A stretch of DNA of 32,000 nt from an uncultured Chloroflexia bacterium (GTDB lineage Bacteria > Chloroflexota > Anaerolineae > Anaerolineales > Anaerolineaceae): positions 4,170,001-4,202,000 of the forward strand of contig OY969938.1 in assembly GCA_963704755.1 (NCBI GenBank). Direction: 5' to 3'. A program made the position numbers and the translations under genes. This document shows, piece after piece, positions 23,704 to 30,850 of this stretch. Numbering within the stretch: the stretch's first letter is position 1; each line of letters starts with the position of its first letter. Below the pieces are notes generated by a model. It saw only the letters and a list, made by a program, of their open reading frames with translations. It was not told the origin of the DNA and did no database searches.

Positions 23704-23774
23704 AAGAGGAATTACTGTTTAAAAAGCAATGGCCTAAAGCAGATCGGCCCGGTCTCCAGACCGAGGTCGCTCTT
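23704..23774 (+). repeat. Direct repeat unit 1 (~71 bp) of the non-coding island
   Basis: AAGAGGAATTACTGTTTAAAAAGCAATGGCCTAAAGCAGATCGGCCCGGTCTCCAGACCGAGGTCGCTCTT recurs at 23871-23942 with roughly 85% identity by eye. The 35-nt core GCCTAAAGCAGATCGGCCCGGTCTCCAGACCGAGG is identical in both. Confidence 0.85.
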
Positions 23775-23870
23775 TGTCGCGATCAAGAGATTACACCGCA
23801 GAGACGTTGAGCGCGCGGAGAAAAAGAATTTAACTACAGAGGATACAAAGAACATGGAGAAAAGATTGAA

Positions 23871-23942
23871 AAGAGGAATTGTTCTCCAAAAAGACAATTG
23901 CCTAAAGCAGATCGGCCCGGTCTCCAGACCGAGGCCGCTCTT
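23871..23942 (+). repeat. Direct repeat unit 2 (~72 bp) of the non-coding island
   Basis: AAGAGGAATTGTTCTCCAAAAAGACAATTGCCTAAAGCAGATCGGCCCGGTCTCCAGACCGAGGCCGCTCTT. See unit 1. Confidence 0.85.
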
Positions 23943-24261
23943 CAATGCAGTTATTTCAAGCCAATGGGCTGGTTCGCTGGCGTAATGGGTGAAAAGGCGT
24001 CGGTCTTTCAAGCCCATAGGCTGGCCGGCCGGTGCTTTTTGCCTCCTCCTGGCCTCCCCCAAAATCCAAAGTGCGGATTTTAGGGGAGGAATTTGGCTCT
24101 TCCCTCCAAATCGGTTTTTGATTTGGGGGGAAGCAGGGAAGGGGGGCGGAGCGCTGGTTTTACAAGCCAAGGGGCTGGTTGGCTGGCGCCGAAGAGAACT
24201 CGAATTAATCCACCCGTTTAGGGTAAAATTGTTCCCGTGCAGGTGAAAGGAGAACTCTTCT

Positions 24262-24816
24262 TTGAAAAAAAGTTACCGTGATTATCTCGTTCTGGTATTG
24301 ATTTCTGGTGTGATCATTGTGTTGGACCAGTGGACCAAAGCGCTCGTACGCAGCAACCTGGCGGTAGGTGAGTCGTGGATGCCGTGGAGCTGGCTGAGCC
24401 CGTTTGCGCGGGTGCTGCACTGGTACAACAACGGGGTCGCATTTGGCTTGTTCCAGAATGGAGGGGTCATTTTTATCATTTTGCCGGTGGTGGTTGTCCT
24501 GGCGATCATTTTCTATTACCCGCGGGTCCCGGCGGAAGATTGGTTCCTGCGCCTGGCCCTGGGGTTGCAGCTCGGGGGAGCGTTGGGTAACCTGATCGAC
24601 CGGCTGACCGTCGGGCACGTGACCGATTTCATTTCAGTGGGTAACTTCCCCATCTTCAACGTGGCCGATTCGGCTATCACCGTGGGTGTATTCATCCTGA
24701 TTTTGGGGGTCTGGCTGCAGGACCGGCACGAACGTCAAGCCCAGCAAAACCCGTCCGGCGAAGGCGAGCCCGGCCCAGACGATTCGGCCAGCGAACTGCA
24801 CAAATTAAATGAGTGA
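24262..24816 (+). CDS. lspA: Lipoprotein signal peptidase (signal peptidase II)
   Basis: 184 aa with [36 protein letters not shown] and [11 protein letters not shown]. The start is TTG, with AGGAGA 8 nt upstream. Confidence 0.9.
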   Translation: MKKSYRDYLVLVLISGVIIVLDQWTKALVRSNLAVGESWMPWSWLSPFARVLHWYNNGVAFGLFQNGGVIFIILPVVVVLAIIFYYPRVPAEDWFLRLALGLQLGGALGNLIDRLTVGHVTDFISVGNFPIFNVADSAITVGVFILILGVWLQDRHERQAQQNPSGEGEPGPDDSASELHKLNE

Positions 24817-25729
24817 GCGCAAGATCGAATTCGATCACCAGGGGGCGAGCGAACGCCTGGACAAGGTGCTGGTAGCCCGGCTGCCCGAGTTTTCCCGCTC
24901 GCGGCTGCAAGGACTGATCAAGGATGGCTTTGTGCAGGTGGCCGGAAAAGCGGTGGCAAAGACCGGCTTTTCGGTCGAGCCGGGCATGGCTGTGGCGGTC
25001 ACTTTGCCGCCCGCCGAACCGGTCGGCCTGGTACCGGAAGATATTCCTCTGGATATCGTCTACGAAGACGACAACATGCTGGTGGTCAATAAGCCGGCCG
25101 GGATGGTCGTGCATCCCTCGGCCGGTCACACCGACGGCACATTGGTGCATGCGGCGCTGGCGCATACGCCCGAGATGGAAGGGATTGGCGGCGAATTGCG
25201 CCCCGGTATCGTCCACCGCCTGGATAAGGACACCTCCGGCCTGATCTTGATCGCCAAGAACGACCGCTCCATGCGCTGGCTGCAAGACCGCTTCCGCTTG
25301 CGTGAGGTGAGTAAGATTTACCTGGCGCTGGTCGATGGCCGCCCGCCGACACCGGAAGGCCGCATCGAAGCCGCAATCGCCCGAGATCCCTCGCACCGCA
25401 AAAAAATGGCCGTGGTATCGCCGGACCGGGGCCGTGAGGCGGTGACCGAATACCGCACGCTGGAAGAATTCGACGGGTTTACCCTGCTGGAGGCACACCC
25501 CTTGACCGGGCGTACTCACCAGATTCGCCTGCACATGGCGTTTATCGGCTGCCCGATCAGCGGCGACCAGGTGTATGGACATCGTAAGTCCAGCCTGGAG
25601 ATCTCACGCCATTTCCTGCACGCCGGCCGGATCACCTTGCGGCTTTTAGGCGAGACTGCCGAGCGGACCTTCGAGGCGCCTTTGCCGGACGACCTCGAGG
25701 CAGTGTTGGCGGTTTTGCGCGGGCGGTGA
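24809..25729 (+). CDS. rluD: RluA-family 23S rRNA pseudouridine synthase (RluD-like, with an N-terminal S4 domain)
   Basis: 306 aa with RLDKVL (S4), [12 protein letters not shown], the catalytic [16 protein letters not shown], and [10 protein letters not shown]. It overlaps the lspA stop. Confidence 0.9.
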   Translation: MSERKIEFDHQGASERLDKVLVARLPEFSRSRLQGLIKDGFVQVAGKAVAKTGFSVEPGMAVAVTLPPAEPVGLVPEDIPLDIVYEDDNMLVVNKPAGMVVHPSAGHTDGTLVHAALAHTPEMEGIGGELRPGIVHRLDKDTSGLILIAKNDRSMRWLQDRFRLREVSKIYLALVDGRPPTPEGRIEAAIARDPSHRKKMAVVSPDRGREAVTEYRTLEEFDGFTLLEAHPLTGRTHQIRLHMAFIGCPISGDQVYGHRKSSLEISRHFLHAGRITLRLLGETAERTFEAPLPDDLEAVLAVLRGR

Positions 25730-25813
25730 AAAAATCCCCCCTGCCCCCCCTTGAAAAAAGGGGGGAAAGAAAAGGCCCTTGAAAAAGGGAAATAGAATTA
25801 CAAATTTAATATC

Positions 25814-25925
25814 GTGGCTGCTCAAGCTTATGTTCAAAAGGTCTCGAATTTGACGTGTTTGCTGGGGCGAAGCCCTAGCAAACACGTCAAATTCGGTTTC
25901 CTTACCCGAACGGTTGAACCGTTAC
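25814..25925. mobile_element. MITE-like element, copy D (112 bp)
   Basis: GTGGCTGCTCAAGC...CCGTTAC. The central hairpin 25845-25895 has a 24-bp stem with a single G-T pair (CGAATTTGACGTGTTTGCTGGGGC). The flanking 8-mers TTAATATC and GAAATATC match 6/8, with the last six identical. Confidence 0.6.
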
Positions 25926-25957
25926 GAAATATCCATACCTGGGAGAAAAGTGTCATT

Positions 25958-27001
25958 ATGGAAAAAATCATTGATCTGCGTTCCGATACAGTGACCCAGC
26001 CCACACCGGCCATGCGCAAGGCTATGGCCGAAGCGGAAGTGGGCGACGATGTGTACGGCGAAGACCCCACTATCAACCGGCTGGAAAAATTGGGCGCGCA
26101 GAAAATGGGCAAGGAAGCCGGGTTATTCGTTACCTCGGGGACAATGGGCAATTTGATCGGTGTTTTGGCGCACTGCCAGCGCGGGGATGAAGCGTTGATG
26201 GGTCACCTGGCGCATACTTTCCTGTTCGAGGCCGGCGGAATCTCGGCCCTGGGCAGTGTGTTTGCCCATACCTTGACCAACCAGCCGGACGGTTCGGTCC
26301 TGCTGGACGACATCCGCGCGGGAATCCGCGGGGCGGACATCCACCAGCCGGTCACCCGGCTGCTGGTATTGGAAGACACCCATAACCGCTGCGGTGGGAC
26401 GGTGTTGAGCCGGGAATACCTGGCCCAGGCCGGCCAACTGGTCCATGAGAATGGACTGGTCTTTCACCTGGACGGGGCGAGGATCTTCAATGCGGCGGCT
26501 GCCCTGGGCATAGAGGCACGCGAATTGGCCGCGCCGGCCAATTCGATCACTTTTTGCCTGAGCAAAGCCCTGTGCGCCCCGGTCGGCTCGGTGTTGTGTG
26601 GCAGCGAAGCCTTTATCGCCCGCGCCCGGCGTATCCGCAAGATGTTGGGTGGGGGCATGCGCCAGGCCGGTGTGCTGGCGGCAGCGGGTATCATCGCCAT
26701 CGAGGAGATGAGCGGCCGGCTGGCGCAGGATCACCAGCGAGCCCGCAGCCTAGCCCAGCGGATCGGCGCGATTCCCGGGATGGAATTGACCTACGGTATG
26801 CCACAGAGCAACCTGGTTTTCGTCAACCTGGTCGAAGACGCTCCCTTGACGGCCAGCGAAGTGGTCGGCCGGTTGGGGCAGAGCGGCATCAAGGTCGGCG
26901 CGGTCGGGCCGATGGCCTTCCGCCTGGCGACCCATTATTGGATCGATGACGAGGCCGTGGATCGCACGGTAAGCGCTTTCCGGCAAGTGTTGGGAGCATA
27001 A
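25958..27001 (+). CDS. ltaE: Low-specificity L-threonine aldolase (PLP-dependent)
   Basis: Motifs are IDLRSDTVTQPTPAMRKAMAEAEVGDDVYGEDPTINRLE, the SGTMGN and FCLSKALCAPVGS (PLP Lys) motifs. I prefer ATG 25958 to the track's GTG 25814, which lies inside MITE copy D. Confidence 0.9.
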   Translation: MEKIIDLRSDTVTQPTPAMRKAMAEAEVGDDVYGEDPTINRLEKLGAQKMGKEAGLFVTSGTMGNLIGVLAHCQRGDEALMGHLAHTFLFEAGGISALGSVFAHTLTNQPDGSVLLDDIRAGIRGADIHQPVTRLLVLEDTHNRCGGTVLSREYLAQAGQLVHENGLVFHLDGARIFNAAAALGIEARELAAPANSITFCLSKALCAPVGSVLCGSEAFIARARRIRKMLGGGMRQAGVLAAAGIIAIEEMSGRLAQDHQRARSLAQRIGAIPGMELTYGMPQSNLVFVNLVEDAPLTASEVVGRLGQSGIKVGAVGPMAFRLATHYWIDDEAVDRTVSAFRQVLGA

Positions 27002-27007
27002 AATAGC

Positions 27008-27065
27008 GGCGAGTATAAAAAAGAGCCGCGCGGTTACAACCGCGCGGCTCTTTTTTATACTCGCC
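27008..27065. terminator. Bidirectional terminator: perfect 26-bp stem between convergent ltaE and the GGDEF gene
   Basis: GGCGAGTATAAAAAAGAGCCGCGCGG-TTACAA-CCGCGCGGCTCTTTTTTATACTCGCC, checked pair by pair. A/T runs inside both arms give U-tracts in either direction. Confidence 0.75.
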
Positions 27066-27073
27066 GGAAGATA

Positions 27074-28660
27074 CTAGGATTCTACCCGTGGCTCGATCTG
27101 GTCACGGCCGCGTTCTTTGGCCCGGTAGAGGCGCCGGTCGGCCAGATCGACCAGCTCTTCGATGCTGGCGCACTCGCTGGGCAGCTCCGCGATACCCTGG
27201 CTGATGGTCGGGCAGGGCACAATATGATTCTCGCGATCTATGATCGTGAGATGAGTCAGGGACGCACAAATGCGGTTCGCCACCTGGTAGGCCTGGGCGA
27301 TACCGGTATCCGGCAAGAAGATGGCGAACTCTTCGCCACCCCAGCGGCCAACCCGGTCGGACTTGTGGATGCTGCGCTTGATTTCGCGGGTCAGTTCGAC
27401 CAGCACCCGGTCGCCAACCAGGTGCCCGTAGGTGTCGTTGTAGATTTTAAAACGATCGATATCCAACATAATCAGGCTCAGTGGGGTCTGGAATGTCGAG
27501 GCTTCACGCGCGTGGAAATCCAGCTCGGATAGGAACGCGTTGTGGTTCAACGCCCCGGTCAGCGAGTTGAGCTTCGAGCGGGTTTCGACCTCGGTGTGGT
27601 GGACGGCGTTGGTGAGTGCGACCGAGGCTTGTTGGGCAATATTGACCAGTAAATCCAGGTCGCCGTCATCGAAGGCGTAGCGGTCGTAGCTGGCCACAGC
27701 GATGATCCCGAATACGGCGCCTTCGCTTTCCAGGGGACAACCCATCCAGGACAGGCTGGTCATGGGCTGGCCTACGATAGTGTAGTCAGAGGAGCTGCCG
27801 GATGCCGGTAACAAGTTTTCGATCAAAAGCGGTTTTTTCGAGCGGATGACCTTTTCTGCCAGGGTATCCTTCATGGGAATATCGCTGCTGGGAAAGAATT
27901 CACCATCGTCATAGAGCAGCTCCAGGTGAACCGAATCGCCGCGCACCATACCGAGATAATAAGTATCCGCCGAAAGGGCAGATTGGATCGTCGAGGTGAC
28001 CAGGGCGATGACCTGGTGCATTTCCAATGAAGAGGACAGGCTGCGAGCGACGTTGTTGAGTGTTTGTAGCCGGTGAGTCTCCCGCCCAAGCGAATTTCCC
28101 AGCCGCACGAGTGTTTCGGTGATCAATATCGATCCGATGGGAACAAAGAAAAAGTCCACGTTGACCAGGGTAGGGGCGTACGAAATTATCCGGCTGTGGA
28201 CGAGGTATTCGGCCAGGATGGCGATGAAGATATAGCCGTAGGCCTGCCAGCGGCCAACGATCACGGCCAGCGAGATCAACAGGCACAGATTGATGATCAG
28301 AAATGGCGCGCCAAAGGTTTGGCTCTGGATCCAGGCGATAGGGATGGCGACCAGGTAGTTCAATCCTACCAGCAGCCGGCGTGCGCCGGGATGGTGGGTG
28401 ATGAGGGGCACGAAATAAAAAAAGACCCCTACAAAATAAACCAAAAGGCCAATTACAATCCAGGGAACGACCTTTTGGGTAGTTGCGAAAATACCATGGA
28501 CGCTGGCGTAAATGATCCAACTCAAATTTAGGAGGATTTCGACCACAAAAATGGGCAGGGTTAGCTGCTGCTGTTTGTTTAAAGAAAAGGGGAGTGAAAT
28601 GTGGAAACGTTTTTTCATCGGGCACTTTACCAGTAAATATATAATATCTACTGTGGTCAA
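27074..28660 (-). CDS. Membrane-bound diguanylate cyclase (multi-TM N-terminus, GAF, GGDEF)
   Basis: 528 aa. It has about 6 N-terminal TM helices, a GAF-like middle region and a GGDEF domain with active site RWGGEEFAIFL. The position of the inhibitory RxxD site reads HKSD. Confidence 0.9.
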   Translation of the reverse strand: MTTVDIIYLLVKCPMKKRFHISLPFSLNKQQQLTLPIFVVEILLNLSWIIYASVHGIFATTQKVVPWIVIGLLVYFVGVFFYFVPLITHHPGARRLLVGLNYLVAIPIAWIQSQTFGAPFLIINLCLLISLAVIVGRWQAYGYIFIAILAEYLVHSRIISYAPTLVNVDFFFVPIGSILITETLVRLGNSLGRETHRLQTLNNVARSLSSSLEMHQVIALVTSTIQSALSADTYYLGMVRGDSVHLELLYDDGEFFPSSDIPMKDTLAEKVIRSKKPLLIENLLPASGSSSDYTIVGQPMTSLSWMGCPLESEGAVFGIIAVASYDRYAFDDGDLDLLVNIAQQASVALTNAVHHTEVETRSKLNSLTGALNHNAFLSELDFHAREASTFQTPLSLIMLDIDRFKIYNDTYGHLVGDRVLVELTREIKRSIHKSDRVGRWGGEEFAIFLPDTGIAQAYQVANRICASLTHLTIIDRENHIVPCPTISQGIAELPSECASIEELVDLADRRLYRAKERGRDQIEPRVES

Positions 28661-28697
28661 GAATGTGTTTGGTTTTAGATATATTTTGGTTTAATTT

Positions 28698-28808
28698 GTA
28701 ACTGCTCAGCCCAACTGTGAAAGACCCCGAATTTGAGGTGTTTGCGGGGGCAAAGTCCCCGCAAACACCTCAAATTCGGGAACTTCATAACAGAGCCTGA
28801 GTAGTTAC
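28698..28808. mobile_element. MITE-like element, copy B (111 bp), the cleanest copy
   Basis: GTAACTGCTCAGCC...GAGCCTGAGTAGTTAC. The central hairpin 28726-28780 has a perfect 24-bp stem and a 7-nt loop. A perfect 8-bp direct repeat TTTAATTT flanks it, at 28690-28697 and 28809-28816. Confidence 0.75.
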
Positions 28809-28927
28809 TTTAATTTTATGATTCATTAATCGACTGAATTTGGGAAAACTTTGCAGGTAAGGGCCGGAATCGCCGACTTAATTTTTCCGGAAAGGAATTG
28901 GCTGCAGGCTGGCGCATGGATGACCTC

Positions 28928-28936
28928 TGATATAAT
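28928..28936 (+). promoter_or_regulatory. Candidate extended -10 element (TGATATAAT) upstream of the PNP gene
   Basis: A TGnTATAAT match lies ~105-125 nt upstream of the candidate start codons. Sequence pattern only. Confidence 0.3.
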
Positions 28937-28971
28937 ATTAAGGTAACGAATTAATCTATCTTGCGAAGTGT

Positions 28972-29022
28972 GGTGTTTATAATTATTTCGCGTGCGAAGC
29001 ACGCGAAATAATTATAAACACC
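28972..29022. repeat. Perfect palindrome (24-bp stem, loop GAA) in the putative 5' leader of the PNP gene
   Basis: GGTGTTTATAATTATTTCGCGTGC-GAA-GCACGCGAAATAATTATAAACACC, checked base by base. Confidence 0.85.
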
Positions 29023-29041
29023 TTCATCGAAAAAACGATCC

Positions 29042-29890
29042 GTGGAGGTGGATGTGAGTGAGTGGATTACCCTTTCCCAAATCGATCAAGCCAGCCAATA
29101 TATAAAAGAACGTATCCACACCCGGCCGGAAACTGCCCTGGTGCTCGGCTCCGGGTTGAATGGCCTGGCCGATATGGTGGACCAGGCTGATTTTATCGAC
29201 TATAAAGATATCCCGAATTGGCCAGTCTCGACGATCGAAGGGCATGTTGGCCGGTTGGTCATCGGCCTGTTGGACGGCATCCCGGTGATGGTGATGCAGG
29301 GCCGCACTCATTACTACGAAGGGTATACCATCGGCCAGGTGACTTTCCCGGTGCGGGTCATGCAGCGCATGGGCATCAAAACTCTGATCCTGACCAATGC
29401 CGCCGGCGCAATCAACCCGGATTACCAGCCAGGGGATGTGATGCTGATCCAGGACCACATTAACCTGGTGGGTATGACCGGTGAAAATCCCTTGCGCGGT
29501 CCCAACCTGGATGAATTCGGTCCGCGTTTTCCGGATATGAGCCAGGTTTATGACAGCGAACTGCGCCTTTTGTGCCACGAGATCGCCCAGGCCGAGGGAA
29601 TCACCCTGCGGGAAGGGGTGTACGTATGGCTGTCGGGGCCATCTTTTGAAAGCCCGGCCGAACTGCGCTTTTTAAGATCCATCGGGGCCGATGCAGTGGG
29701 GATGTCAACGGTACCGGAAACAATCGTCGCCCGGCATGGGGGCACACGGGTTTTAGGCCTGTCCGGAATCTCCAACAAAGCCAACCTGGATGGCAGCACC
29801 CAGACCACCCACCAGGAAGTGTTGGAAGCCGGAAAACTTCTCGTTCCAAAGTTGACCCGATTGATTTGGGGGTTGCTCGCAAGAATTTAA
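29042..29890 (+). CDS. punA: Purine nucleoside phosphorylase (trimeric PNP/PunA family)
   Basis: Motifs are ALVLGSGLNGLAD, HVGRLVIG, GRTHYYEGY, LTNAAGAIN, GPRFPDMS, GPSFESPAE and GADAVGMSTVPE. GTG 29054 is a likelier start than 29042, because GGAGG at 29044-29048 lies 5 nt upstream of it. Confidence 0.9.
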   Translation: MEVDVSEWITLSQIDQASQYIKERIHTRPETALVLGSGLNGLADMVDQADFIDYKDIPNWPVSTIEGHVGRLVIGLLDGIPVMVMQGRTHYYEGYTIGQVTFPVRVMQRMGIKTLILTNAAGAINPDYQPGDVMLIQDHINLVGMTGENPLRGPNLDEFGPRFPDMSQVYDSELRLLCHEIAQAEGITLREGVYVWLSGPSFESPAELRFLRSIGADAVGMSTVPETIVARHGGTRVLGLSGISNKANLDGSTQTTHQEVLEAGKLLVPKLTRLIWGLLARI

Positions 29891-29891
29891 G

Positions 29892-30030
29892 GTTTCTGTG
29901 TCAGATTTGCCGGATGATTTTCCCTCCTCGGGCTCGTACAAAAAGGATCCGAATTTGAGGCGTTTGCCGGTACGAAGCATCCGCAAGCCGCTCCAATTTG
30001 GGTTTTTTGGCCGTTGGGCCAAACCATTAC
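29892..30030. mobile_element. Decayed MITE-like copy E (boundaries uncertain)
   Basis: From ACAAAAAGGATCCGAATTTGAGGCGTTTGCCGG... to ...GGGTTTTTTGGCCGTTGGGCCAAACCATTAC it aligns by eye with copy D (...TCAAAAGGTCTCGAATTTGACGTGTTTGC...CGGTTTCCTTACCCGAACGGTTGAACCGTTAC). The hairpin arms no longer pair well and I found no flanking duplication. Confidence 0.35.
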
Positions 30031-30142
30031 GAATAATCGTTGTGAGAATGTACAAGAGTCCGTTGGCGCAGGCTTCAGGCGTGACAATCGATCGGCTTAT
30101 GCAGCGCTAACATGATCCCTGGCCGGTGGTTCAACTGAAATT

Positions 30143-30850
30143 ATGAAAGAAATTCTGAGGTATCTAAAATCCTATGAGGTGTGGATTTATGCGGTGCTTG
30201 GGTTGGGTCTGCTCTTTTCATTGCGGCATATCCTGCTCGCCCTGCATGAATTACGCATCTCTGTCTTTGGCCTCGAAAAGGAGACGGCTCAACGGCGCCT
30301 GGGCGGCGCATTGTCGATCTTTGTATTTCTATGCATCCTGGGGATTGCCGAACTGGTCATGACCTCGGTGGTGTTCCCTGATTTCCCGAACGTTCAGGCT
30401 CTTGCCACACCGACAGTGGATCTTTTGTCCACCCCGACGGAAACGCTCGCTCCGGCCTTGTTGCCTACCGCGACCCAGGTGGGTATTCCGACTATCGACG
30501 TCTCGAACTCAACCGACGGCTGCGTAGCGGGCCAGATCGAATGGTCATCTCCAAAAGATGGCGACACATTGCAGGGCGTCGTCACCCTGGAAGGTACGGT
30601 CAGCATCCCCAATATGGGCTTTTACAAATACGAGTATTCTCAGGCGGGGACCGACATTTGGGTGCCCATCGCTGCGGCGACGACCGGTGTGGTGAATGGC
30701 CCGCTGGGTGGTACCGGCAGTGGTACCTGGGATACCAGCCAGGTGGATCCGGGAGATTATTTACTGCGCCTGGTGGTCACGGACAATGTCAACAATGTTT
30801 TTGCTCCCTGTGTGGTTTCGGTAAGGATCATTGCTCCCAAGGAGAATTAA
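30143..30850 (+). CDS. Membrane-anchored extracytoplasmic protein with a PT-rich linker and a beta-rich (Ig-like?) domain, function unknown
   Basis: 235 aa. It has two N-terminal hydrophobic helices, a TPT/LSTPTETLAP linker, then IEWSSPKDGDTLQGVVTLEGTVS...GDYLLRLVVTD. The next gene follows with no gap. Confidence 0.6.
   Translation: MKEILRYLKSYEVWIYAVLGLGLLFSLRHILLALHELRISVFGLEKETAQRRLGGALSIFVFLCILGIAELVMTSVVFPDFPNVQALATPTVDLLSTPTETLAPALLPTATQVGIPTIDVSNSTDGCVAGQIEWSSPKDGDTLQGVVTLEGTVSIPNMGFYKYEYSQAGTDIWVPIAAATTGVVNGPLGGTGSGTWDTSQVDPGDYLLRLVVTDNVNNVFAPCVVSVRIIAPKEN

Noticed and set aside
23712-24170. 152-aa minus-strand ORF spanning the repeat island, with a duplicated LGLETGPICFR peptide.
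   Set aside because: It is kept open only because the 168-bp repeat spacing is a multiple of three. The sequence is low-complexity, I saw no RBS, and it covers several unrelated repeat types. It is more likely a by-product of the repeats than a gene.
25814-25957. N-terminal extension of ltaE from GTG 25814. The same issue applies to the 5978-6001 extension of bcp and the 20434-20454 extension of ctaA/ctaB.
   Set aside because: The extensions are encoded by MITE or spacer sequence, or they lack an RBS. Internal starts (ATG 25958, GTG 6002, ATG 20455) have Shine-Dalgarno matches and give canonical family N-termini.
1911-30030. Could the recurring palindromic repeats be a CRISPR array or its remnants?
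   Set aside because: The copies are kilobases apart, in both orientations and in different intergenic spacers. They have terminal inverted repeats and flanking duplications. There is no regular repeat-spacer periodicity and no cas gene.
29898-30110. 70-aa ORF downstream of the PNP gene, and the 80-aa ORF at 6576-6818.
   Set aside because: The first is encoded by decayed MITE copy E plus spacer. The second overlaps the 3' end of the ParB-like gene on the opposite strand. Neither has an RBS or a recognisable motif.
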